The notes beneath the pieces were generated by a model. That model did not search any database, was not told the DNA's origin, and saw nothing but the letters and a program-made list of their open reading frames with translations. A DNA stretch of 64,000 bases. Source: a candidate division WOR-3 bacterium (GTDB lineage: Bacteria; Hydrothermota; UBA3073). Below are positions 46,829 to 54,625 of this stretch, piece by piece (the stretch's first letter is position 1; every line of letters begins with the position of its first letter). The position numbers and the translations under genes are program-made. The stretch lies in NCBI GenBank assembly GCA_023129165.1, contig JAGMCL010000133.1, positions 10,668-74,667 of the forward strand. Direction: 5' to 3'.

Positions 46829-47038
46829 TTAGGGTACCGGGTCATAACCACCTCTACTAAAAGGATTACACCTAAGAACCCTCCATATCCCAAGTCCCAG
46901 CCCCTTGAATACTCCATATCGTATTATTGCCTCCTTGGTATATTCAGAGCAGGTAGGGTAGAACCTACAGCTTGGTGGGAACAAAGGAGAGATTATCTTT
47001 TTATATATGTTCAGTACAAGGATTAACACATATTTCAT
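46829..47038 (-). CDS. yidD: membrane protein insertion efficiency factor YidD
   Basis: [27 protein letters not shown] ... [14 protein letters not shown] signature. Confidence 0.9.
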   Translation of the reverse strand: MKYVLILVLNIYKKIISPLFPPSCRFYPTCSEYTKEAIIRYGVFKGLGLGIWRVLRCNPFSRGGYDPVP

Positions 47039-47172
47039 ACTACCAACCTTTTTCTTCCTTTTGCTCTTCTTCTCTTTAATATTTCTCTACCATCTTTCGT
47101 TGAACTTCTCTTCCTGAACCCATGTTTGTGATGACGCTTAATTCTCGATGGTTGATATGTCCTCTTCGGCAT
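47035..47172 (-). CDS. rpmH: 50S ribosomal protein L34
   Basis: 45-aa ORF not in the track: [53 protein letters not shown] present. Its stop overlaps the yidD ATG. Confidence 0.9.
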   Translation of the reverse strand: MPKRTYQPSRIKRHHKHGFRKRSSTKDGREILKRRRAKGRKRLVV

Positions 47173-47432
47173 TATATACTCCTAGTTATTAGTTATAAGT
47201 TATTAGTTACTCGTTTTAGTTATAATAATTAAGCTATTCAGGTTTGTTTGGTTTGTCGAGTTTGTTTAGTTTATATGCTCGGGACTCACTATTTATCCCG
47301 TTGAATGTTTAAACTATTCCATCGGGACTGGATACTCGCTACTTCAATATACGGTTTATTGAGTTCGTTAGATTCATATAATTAACGTTGATAATTTTGA
47401 TATTTAATATTTGATTTTTAATTTACTTATCC

Positions 47433-47506
47433 TACCCCCAGTCCGACTCGAACGGACAACCTACTGGTTCGTAGCCAGTTGCTCTATCCAGTTGAGCTAT
47501 GGGGGC
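47433..47506 (-). tRNA. tRNA-Arg (anticodon ACG)
   Basis: Hand-folded cloverleaf: acceptor GCCCCCA/TGGGGGT, D arm GCTC..GAGC, anticodon arm ACTGG-CTACGAA-CCAGT, T arm GTCCG-TTCGAGT-CGGAC. No encoded CCA. Confidence 0.85.
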
Positions 47507-47555
47507 GAGAATTACTAATAGTCAATAAATTAACAGTTTACTCAGTTCTTTGAGT

Positions 47556-47954
47556 TTACTCAGTTTGTTGAGTTTTCTTGGATGACTTTATTTTAGATGT
47601 TAAGTAGCTTATCAGTCCTGAGTCAAGTTTAGAAACTTTCTCCGATTGATTGTATATACTTTCAAAGGTCTCTTTTGATATATAATTTTGATCTAAAGCT
47701 ACATAATAAATACTTTGTATTTCAGCAGCAGAAGATTTGGATATAAAAAGAAATTGAATAAATTCTTTATTCGAGTGTCGAGAAAAACCCTCAGCTATGT
47801 TTGACATAGTAGAAACAGCTGCTGCGGTTGATTGGTCTCTAAGTCTATAATCCCTTTTAAAATTTTCATTCCTGTTTATAGAATTATAAACCATCCGAAC
47901 GAGAATCCTTGCCTCCTTCCAACATTCAAGCTCTTCAAATCTTTTAACTGTCAT
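47556..47954 (-). CDS. four-helix-bundle protein (23S rRNA intervening-sequence protein family)
   Basis: ELECWKEARILV ... STMSNIAEGFSR ... FLFISKSSAAEIQS pattern of the TIGR02436/PF05635 family. The last codons are encoded by the flanking word repeat. Confidence 0.8.
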   Translation of the reverse strand: MTVKRFEELECWKEARILVRMVYNSINRNENFKRDYRLRDQSTAAAVSTMSNIAEGFSRHSNKEFIQFLFISKSSAAEIQSIYYVALDQNYISKETFESIYNQSEKVSKLDSGLISYLTSKIKSSKKTQQTE

Positions 47955-47961
47955 TTATTCC

Positions 47962-48069
47962 CCAACAAACTCAATAAACCGGGTAAACCCAATAAACCCA
48001 ACAAACTCAATAAACCGGGTAAACCCAACAAACTCAATAAACTCAACAAACTTAATAAACCCAATAAAC
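47962..48069. repeat. 12 phase-perfect 9-bp repeats (YYRRYAAAC; minus strand TGRGTTTRT)
   Basis: ccaacaaac tcaataaac cgggtaaac ccaataaac ... fills the gap between the tRNA-Lys 3' end and the four-helix-bundle gene start. Confidence 0.9.
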
Positions 48070-48077
48070 TCAAATTA

Positions 48078-48151
48078 TACGCCGCCTGGGAATCGAACCC
48101 AGAACCCACGGATTAAGAGTCCGTTGCTCTCCCTAGTTGAGCTAGCGGCGC
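48078..48151 (-). tRNA. tRNA-Lys (anticodon CTT)
   Basis: Hand-folded cloverleaf: acceptor GCGCCGC/GCGGCGT, anticodon arm ACGGA-CTCTTAA-TCCGT, T arm CTGGG-TTCGATT-CCCAG. No encoded CCA. Confidence 0.85.
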
Positions 48152-48210
48152 ATTAGAAATACTTATTTAAGCAATTTTACTCGATGATTAGTGTATATTT
48201 CGACGCTGTT

Positions 48211-48239
48211 ATTATAACACGAACTCCCAAAAATGTCAA
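48211..48239 (-). promoter_or_regulatory. sigma70-type promoter (TTGACA - 17 bp - TGtTATAAT)
   Basis: Reverse complement reads cTTGACAtttttgggagttcgtgtTATAAT, ~55 nt upstream of tRNA-Lys. Confidence 0.7.
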
Positions 48240-48280
48240 GAAAAAAAATCAACGGATTAAGCGGATTTATCGGATTATAT

Positions 48281-48313
48281 AAAAAAGGGTCGCAGCTGTA
48301 AATGCTACGACCC
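48281..48313 (-). terminator. rho-independent terminator after cspA
   Basis: Minus strand reads GGGTCGtagcatttacagctgCGACCC followed by TTTTTTATAT. Confidence 0.65.
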
Positions 48314-48336
48314 CTGGGTAGACTGTGTCAGGACTT

Positions 48337-48540
48337 TTAAGACTTGTTTACATTGGTTGCTTTTTGTCCCTTAGCATCATCCACTACCTCAAATGTTACT
48401 TCATCACCCTCGAGCAGGTTCTTAAAACCCTCACCCTGGATTTCACTGTAGTGGACGAAGACATCATCACCACCATCTTCTCGTTCAATGAATCCATAAC
48501 CCTTGGACTCATTAAACCACTTTACTTTACCTCGTACCAT
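48337..48540 (-). CDS. cspA: cold-shock protein (CspA family)
   Basis: [15 protein letters not shown] (RNP1) and VFVHYS (RNP2) motifs. Confidence 0.92.
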   Translation of the reverse strand: MVRGKVKWFNESKGYGFIEREDGGDDVFVHYSEIQGEGFKNLLEGDEVTFEVVDDAKGQKATNVNKS

Positions 48541-48582
48541 GTGTTACTCCCCTTTTTTTAAAAAAACAAAAAAACGTAACAG

Positions 48583-48611
48583 ATTATAACACATTTTTTA
48601 CACTTTGTCAA
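48583..48611 (-). promoter_or_regulatory. sigma70-type promoter (TTGACA - 17 bp - TGtTATAAT)
   Basis: Reverse complement reads cTTGACAaagtgtaaaaaatgtgtTATAAT, with a T-tract upstream of the -35. Lies ~40 nt from the cspA ATG. Confidence 0.75.
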
Positions 48612-48651
48612 GAAAAAAAATCAGCCTGTCCCCTTTTTTATTTCTATTCCT

Positions 48652-49791
48652 TTATTTCAACAACAACATCCTTCTGGTTTTATTAAACGAGCCTGCACTC
48701 AATCGATATATATAAAAACCACCTGAGACATTTACTCCTTTCTCATTTTTACCATCCCAGACAACAGAATATTCTCCTGGTTGTTTTTCACCATTTACTA
48801 ATGTCCGTACTAACCTTCCCAACTCATCATAAATGGTAATCTGCACAACATCTGATGTTCTGATTTCATAGCGTATAGTCGTAGATGAATTAAACGGATT
48901 AGGGAAATTTACATATAATACATAATCGTCTGGCAGAACCTGACCTTCTTCAACCGATATCCCACCACCTACATCGATCTGAAATATTGTTGCCGCTTGC
49001 CAGGATAACACCCAGATATACTGTCCATCCCATGCCAAATCCCTTGGATTAGTATGAGGAGATCTAACCATCCGTATGATTGAACCATCTGAAGGGTCAA
49101 TCTGATATAACTTATCAGCTAAAAAATCATCGCTCCATAGGTATTGACTATCCCAGGTTAATCCTATTGAACCATCTCCTGGAGCAGGAATTGAGTCTAA
49201 AACCTGACCATCTGAAGGATCGACCTTATATATCATTTTTGTATAAAAGTCGTCAATCCATAAATATTGTCCGTCATAGGTTATTCCATGCGGCCAGGCA
49301 CCATGAGGAGTAAACGAATGAATTACTGTTCCATCTGAGGGGTTTAATTTATAAATTTTATTTGGTTCTGATGGACCACCTCCATTGTCTGAAGCCCATA
49401 AATTAGTTCCATCCCATGCCAGACCTTCAACATAATTCCCTGGTGTAGTAAATGAACTTATTACTGCTCCATCTACAGTACTTACCTCATATATTAAGTC
49501 TGTCTGATAATCTGATACCCATAAATTGGTTCCATCATAGGTTAATCCCTGGCATCTGGAACCAGGGGCTGGAACTGTATGAATAATATCCCCTGTATCT
49601 TTATCAGTTGATATATCGGGAATTACAACTATTTTATCTGTGGTGGTTCTATAATCGATCCTACCATCAAGATCTATATCCTCTTGATATGTGTCCTGTG
49701 CATAGGTAAGGTTATGACTCAGAGTCAGGGTAACCAAAGCCAATAATACCAAGCACAACCCACTTCTTCTCATAAGACTACCATATTCCAT
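48652..49791 (-). CDS. secreted beta-propeller repeat protein with T9SS C-terminal sorting domain
   Basis: Signal peptide, five YDG/WDGxxLWxxD blades, and a C-terminal FPNPFN ... IYDELGRLV ... WDGKN ... GFYIYRL tail. Confidence 0.75.
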   Translation of the reverse strand: MEYGSLMRRSGLCLVLLALVTLTLSHNLTYAQDTYQEDIDLDGRIDYRTTTDKIVVIPDISTDKDTGDIIHTVPAPGSRCQGLTYDGTNLWVSDYQTDLIYEVSTVDGAVISSFTTPGNYVEGLAWDGTNLWASDNGGGPSEPNKIYKLNPSDGTVIHSFTPHGAWPHGITYDGQYLWIDDFYTKMIYKVDPSDGQVLDSIPAPGDGSIGLTWDSQYLWSDDFLADKLYQIDPSDGSIIRMVRSPHTNPRDLAWDGQYIWVLSWQAATIFQIDVGGGISVEEGQVLPDDYVLYVNFPNPFNSSTTIRYEIRTSDVVQITIYDELGRLVRTLVNGEKQPGEYSVVWDGKNEKGVNVSGGFYIYRLSAGSFNKTRRMLLLK

Positions 49792-49869
49792 ACTTCCCTC
49801 CTCTTTGGTTGAAAATTTGAAAAAAAATTAAATAAAACATACCGAATGGCTAAGATAACAGGACTTCCA

Positions 49870-49898
49870 ATTATAACACGAACCCATATAAAAGTCAA
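49870..49898 (-). promoter_or_regulatory. sigma70-type promoter (TTGACT - 17 bp - TGtTATAAT)
   Basis: Reverse complement reads cTTGACTtttatatgggttcgtgtTATAAT. Confidence 0.7.
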
Positions 49899-49928
49899 GA
49901 AAATATTAGGAGGAAAACAAAAGGTATG

Positions 49929-50546
49929 TTATTGGTTTTCTCTAATAGATAGGTTTTTATCAGGAAAGAGACTTATTTTCGAGTAGAGGTCGAAATAATC
50001 AATTACTTCATTAAGTTGCTTTTCTGGACTTTTAGACCTGATAAAATAACCATGTGTGAATTCTCTATTTTTTAGAATTTTAGGATTTTGAGTTAAAATA
50101 ATACGTCCTTCCCTTACTGCAATTTTAATAATCTCATTATTTTTGTAACACTCTCTATAAAATGTATCGAAACCAATTTTCTGGAGATAACCAGTTAATT
50201 TCTCGAGATGACTATTCAGGATAAATTTCGGCTCACGTAAAGGTTTCTTTCTCAGATGTGTAACATTTGAAATATCTAAAGTTTCAAAAACTGGATATAT
50301 AGAGACTATATCACCATCCTTAAGACTATAAGAAAATTCCACAGATTTACTGTTCGCAAGTATAAGGTCAATCTCGGCGTGCGGAATTCCTATAGATTCA
50401 ATAACATCCCTAACTGAAGGACTTCCCTTAAAATTATAAGCGAAAAAGACCTTCTTTTTTTCTTCGGGAAGATAATCATTAAGTTCTTCATAGAAACGAA
50501 AGACCGCCTTGCTTGATTTCTTCATCATGATTTTATTTAATTGCAT
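49929..50546 (-). CDS. Mut7-C ubiquitin-like + Mut7-C RNase (PIN-like) domain protein, possibly degenerate
   Basis: FRFYEELNDYLP ... GDIVSIYPVFE (Ub-Mut7C) followed by KFILNSHLEKLTGYLQKIGFDT (Mut7-C RNase-like). The usual first Asp is Asn and no C-terminal CxxC ribbon is present. Confidence 0.5.
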   Translation of the reverse strand: MQLNKIMMKKSSKAVFRFYEELNDYLPEEKKKVFFAYNFKGSPSVRDVIESIGIPHAEIDLILANSKSVEFSYSLKDGDIVSIYPVFETLDISNVTHLRKKPLREPKFILNSHLEKLTGYLQKIGFDTFYRECYKNNEIIKIAVREGRIILTQNPKILKNREFTHGYFIRSKSPEKQLNEVIDYFDLYSKISLFPDKNLSIRENQ

Positions 50547-50618
50547 GATTTTTTAAGTGAAAAAATCAAATGGTCGTGCTAATTTCATTATTTTACTATA
50601 TCTCGAACCCTATCGGCA

Positions 50619-51671
50619 TCAGGATAAGATTTTGCATTTACTAATGGGTAAATATACTTTAACCCTATCGCCAATGTTATGTCGAAAAGTGAGGTCTGTC
50701 TGAAGTCTTATCTCCAATCGTGATGCTAAATCTATCAAGTAATCCATCTTATTACCCAAATATGTCGTTCGTGCAACTGTTCCATCAAATATATTATCTT
50801 TTCCCTCTTTCTCATCTATCATAAATTCTACATCATTCGGACGAATAAGAACCTGTACCTTTTCTCCTATCTTTATCTCCTTTTTATAGGATATGGTAAG
50901 TATCAGGTTTGAACCAATATCCAGACAAAGTGGGTGGGTATTCTTAACTGTTCCCTCAATAATATTAGATAAACCAATAAATGTAGCTACAAAGAACGTT
51001 TTTGGTCTTTCAAATATCTCCTCAGGTGTCCCGACCTGATGGATTCTTCCATCTTTCATTATTGCTATCTTATCAGACAAAGCAAGAGCCTCTTCCTGAT
51101 CATGAGTAACGTAAATAGCAGTAATCCCCAGTCTCTTCTGCAGTTCCTTGATCTCAAATCTCATTTCTTCCCTGAATTTAGCATCGAGGTTAGATAGAGG
51201 CTCATCCAATAGTAATATTTTAGGCTGATAAACCAATGCTCGTGCAAGACCAACACGCTGCTGTTGTCCTCCTGAAAGCTGCCTGGGATAATGATTCTCA
51301 TAACCGGATAATTGTACCAAATTCAGAGTTTCATAAATCCGTTCACCTGCCTTCTTTTTACCTATTCCTCTTATTTTCAAAGGGAAGTGGATATTTTCAA
51401 AGACAGTCATGTGAGGAAATAGAGCAAAGTTCTGGAATACCATTCCTACCTTTCTCCTGTTTGGAGGAAGTATTGTCACGTCCTTTCCTTCAATAAATAT
51501 CTCACCCTGATCAAGGGAACAATGTCCTGTAATACAACGAAGGGTTGTGGTTTTTCCGCATCCACTGGGTCCCAGGAGCGTCATTAGTTCGCCCTTATTA
51601 ACCTTTAAGCAAACCTCATCATTGGCAATAATATTACCGTATCGTTTAGTAACTCTAATGAGCTCTATCAT
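50619..51671 (-). CDS. ABC importer ATP-binding protein (PotA/MalK-like)
   Basis: Walker A GPSGCGKTT, LSGGQQQRV, Walker B LLLDEPLS and a C-terminal TOBE-like domain. Confidence 0.88.
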   Translation of the reverse strand: MIELIRVTKRYGNIIANDEVCLKVNKGELMTLLGPSGCGKTTTLRCITGHCSLDQGEIFIEGKDVTILPPNRRKVGMVFQNFALFPHMTVFENIHFPLKIRGIGKKKAGERIYETLNLVQLSGYENHYPRQLSGGQQQRVGLARALVYQPKILLLDEPLSNLDAKFREEMRFEIKELQKRLGITAIYVTHDQEEALALSDKIAIMKDGRIHQVGTPEEIFERPKTFFVATFIGLSNIIEGTVKNTHPLCLDIGSNLILTISYKKEIKIGEKVQVLIRPNDVEFMIDEKEGKDNIFDGTVARTTYLGNKMDYLIDLASRLEIRLQTDLTFRHNIGDRVKVYLPISKCKILS

Positions 51672-52474
51672 ACGCCTTTAAACCCCCCAACTATTTTCTC
51701 TGGCTTTAATAACCTCTGGATAATGATAAGTACAATGAGTGATGGAATTAAAAGGATTGTCGAAATGGCACTGGCTACCTCCCAATATCCATCACCAATA
51801 GCTAAGTAGGTCTTTACTGGAAGTGTAACTGTGTGTGGACCATAGGTCATAATTGTCAATGTAAATTCATTATAGGAAGTGGTAAATGTAAATATGATAG
51901 CAGCCAAAATACCTGGCATAACTAATGGTAATATGACATGGAAAAAGGTTCTCCACCTGCTTGCACCACACACTTGGGCTGCCTCTATAATTCTCTGGTC
52001 AAGACCCTCAAAAGTACTGGATAAAATTAGAATACCAAATGGTAAGCATAATGTAACATGTGCTAAACTCACCCCTAAATATGTATCTATTAAATTTAAT
52101 TTGTAAAAAATATTCGATATACCCAATGCATATGTAATAGGAGGTATCATTCTGGGTAACAGAATGATACTAAATAAAATTTCTTTTCCTGGTACTGGAC
52201 GTCGTGCAATAGCCCAGGCTGTAGCCATACCTATAAATAAACTCATCGCAATGGCTAAGACTGCAATAATTATGCTATTTTTCAAGATTGCACCAATATT
52301 AGCAACCTGAAATGCCCATTGATACCAATCAAATGTCCATTCCTGAGGCATCCATTGTGTGCCAAACCAACCTCTGGCAAAGGAGGTCACGATTATCATT
52401 AAAAAAGGTGATATGATGAATATTGTAATACAGAGTAAAAATGTTATGATTAAAACCTTTTTAGCGTAATGCAT
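51668..52474 (-). CDS. ABC importer permease (PotC-like)
   Basis: Six-TM BPD_transp_1 core with an EAA-like loop (IEAAQVCGASRWRTFFHVILP). Confidence 0.8.
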   Translation of the reverse strand: MHYAKKVLIITFLLCITIFIISPFLMIIVTSFARGWFGTQWMPQEWTFDWYQWAFQVANIGAILKNSIIIAVLAIAMSLFIGMATAWAIARRPVPGKEILFSIILLPRMIPPITYALGISNIFYKLNLIDTYLGVSLAHVTLCLPFGILILSSTFEGLDQRIIEAAQVCGASRWRTFFHVILPLVMPGILAAIIFTFTTSYNEFTLTIMTYGPHTVTLPVKTYLAIGDGYWEVASAISTILLIPSLIVLIIIQRLLKPEKIVGGFKGV

Positions 52475-53293
52475 CTATCTTGCCCTCTTCATTATCCTGA
52501 TATAGGAAATTAAAAAAAAGATTTGTATTAGTGCCATAATCACAGCCATAGCACTTCCCTCATCCCAGCGGTTGTAAATAGCAGAAGTCGTATAAATACT
52601 AACTGAAAGTGGTCTGTAATCTCCACCACAGATTAATGGAACACTAAAAGCGCCAAAACAGAGCATAAAGGTTATTATGGACCCGGCGAGTAAGCCTGGT
52701 TTTGCAAGTGGGAGGAGAATATATCTTAATACCTGCATTCTATTGGCACCTACTACCTCAGCAGCCTCTTCAATACTCTTATCAAGTGATTCAACTTGAG
52801 AAAAGGTAATAAGAAAGGTATAGGGAAAAAACAGCCAGGTATAGAATATTAGAAGTCCCGGAATTGTATAATTAACCTGAATTGGACGATTTATTATTCC
52901 CTGGATAATGAGATTCATCCAACCATTTTTATCCCAGAATAGAAGTAACCCCAGGGCACAAATAAGACCCGGAATGGTGATGGGAGCAAGAACGAGTGTC
53001 TTGAAGAAATTATGTCCAATGGGCTTCCTGCGCAGGATTAAAATCAATAAAATACTCAAGCAGATAGAAAGAAATGTTGCTCCAAACGCCAATAAACAGG
53101 TAAGCCCAATAACATATAGTCCGTTAGAACTCGATAAAAATTTAATATAATGATAGAATATATGTTCTTCCTCAAAGGCGAGACTATTTTTTATAATTAT
53201 AAAAAGGGGATAGAAAAAGAGACAACCAATGGCAAGCAATCCAGGGGACAGTAAGGAAAATGTAACCAAACTTTGTTTGGTAATTTTCTTCAT
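52475..53293 (-). CDS. ABC importer permease (PotB-like)
   Basis: BPD_transp_1 core with an EAA loop (IEEAAEVVGANRMQVLRYILLP). Confidence 0.8.
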   Translation of the reverse strand: MKKITKQSLVTFSLLSPGLLAIGCLFFYPLFIIIKNSLAFEEEHIFYHYIKFLSSSNGLYVIGLTCLLAFGATFLSICLSILLILILRRKPIGHNFFKTLVLAPITIPGLICALGLLLFWDKNGWMNLIIQGIINRPIQVNYTIPGLLIFYTWLFFPYTFLITFSQVESLDKSIEEAAEVVGANRMQVLRYILLPLAKPGLLAGSIITFMLCFGAFSVPLICGGDYRPLSVSIYTTSAIYNRWDEGSAMAVIMALIQIFFLISYIRIMKRAR

Positions 53294-53345
53294 ATTTAGG
53301 TTTGTTTATTAAATCATATCCATCTCTTTAGATTTTAAAGCAGAC

Positions 53346-54491
53346 TTATTTAATTACTTCCATAGTATGTTCCCTAATAAAGTTGAACGCCTCATTATTT
53401 GTAATTCTAATTCGTGTGTTTTTAATATCTTCCCATCTTGGTATATTTTCCCAGACATATTCTGGTACTTTATCCCAGATCTCAGTTCCAGGATATTGCC
53501 ACATAGTACTTATCAACTGAAGTTGAATCTCGTCGGAAAGGAGAAAATTTACAAAATCATATGCTGCTTGCCTCTTTTTTTCTAAAATGAAAGATGGAAT
53601 TACCAGGTAGGCATCAGCACCAGCAGTAACACCATCATTTAGAGTAAACGCTTTTGTTGTCTCAGGGAGCATACCCTTGTCTCTTGACCATAGAGTATAA
53701 TCAGTAGCATATACACTTATCCAGACATCCTCTTTTTTAAATTGATTGAATAGAATTGGTGGTTCTGATGCAAGAGGTTTGTGCATTGTCTCATAAAGTT
53801 CCTTGAATTTATTCCATACATCATCCCATTCAGATGTGTTTTTTAATTCTTCAAATGGTATAGAAAAATCAATACCAAATGCGTGCAAAAAGCAATAGAC
53901 AAACCTTCTACCTCCACTTGATTTTGCATCGGGACGGATCATACCAATATGCCCGGTCCACTCACCTCTTCTCTCATATAGTTCCTTCCATGATGAAGGA
54001 GGGTTTGGAATGAGAGAACCATTACAAATACCATTCATCTGACTTCGCCAGAAAAGTGCTGCTCTTCCATTAAGGTTGTTACCCAATACACTTGTTAAAT
54101 ATTCCTCTAAGCATTTTGTGATATTCGGGATTCTATCCACTTTATCTGGATAAAGAGTTTCTAAGGGGATATCAGAACTGAGTATGTCAACGAGGTCCTT
54201 CGGTTTTATTAGTAGAATATGAATATCTCCTTTCCCCTCTTTCCATGTTTTAATCCGCTGAATAATTTCAGGTCCAGAAGAGACTACATAATGTATTTTA
54301 ATGTTTAGCGTCTTTTCTGCTTCAGGAATTACTTTGGTCTTTATAAACCATTGAAAATTTGCACCAGAATTAGTATCTATAAAGGTGAGTTCCAGCTCTT
54401 TATCTTTTGAACCACACCCATTGAATGTTGTAAATATTACGAACGTTATAATATATAATAGCAATGTATAAAGTATTTTACTGAACTTCAT
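53346..54491 (-). CDS. ABC importer substrate-binding lipoprotein
   Basis: Lipobox FNGCGS and the size and position of a family-1 SBP. Start at MKFSKIL follows an AAGGAG RBS; the track ORF starts at an upstream TTG. Confidence 0.65.
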   Translation of the reverse strand: MKFSKILYTLLLYIITFVIFTTFNGCGSKDKELELTFIDTNSGANFQWFIKTKVIPEAEKTLNIKIHYVVSSGPEIIQRIKTWKEGKGDIHILLIKPKDLVDILSSDIPLETLYPDKVDRIPNITKCLEEYLTSVLGNNLNGRAALFWRSQMNGICNGSLIPNPPSSWKELYERRGEWTGHIGMIRPDAKSSGGRRFVYCFLHAFGIDFSIPFEELKNTSEWDDVWNKFKELYETMHKPLASEPPILFNQFKKEDVWISVYATDYTLWSRDKGMLPETTKAFTLNDGVTAGADAYLVIPSFILEKKRQAAYDFVNFLLSDEIQLQLISTMWQYPGTEIWDKVPEYVWENIPRWEDIKNTRIRITNNEAFNFIREHTMEVIK

Positions 54492-54524
54492 ATCTTTCTC
54501 CTTAGTATGCAACTCTCCTTTGTT

Positions 54525-54553
54525 ATTATAACACGTCCAGCCCTAAATGTCAA
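54525..54553 (-). promoter_or_regulatory. sigma70-type promoter (TTGACA - 17 bp - TGtTATAAT)
   Basis: Reverse complement reads cTTGACAtttagggctggacgtgtTATAAT, ~30 nt upstream of the SBP start. Confidence 0.75.
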
Positions 54554-54569
54554 GAATAAATTTAAGATT

Positions 54570-54608
54570 GAAAAAGGGGACAGGCTACTTTTTAAGTAAC
54601 GTGTCCCC
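54570..54608 (-). terminator. rho-independent terminator after the GT39-like gene
   Basis: Minus strand reads GGGGACAcgttacttaaaaagtagccTGTCCCC followed by TTTTTC. Confidence 0.65.
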
Positions 54609-54625
54609 TTTCCTGTTTAACGAAC

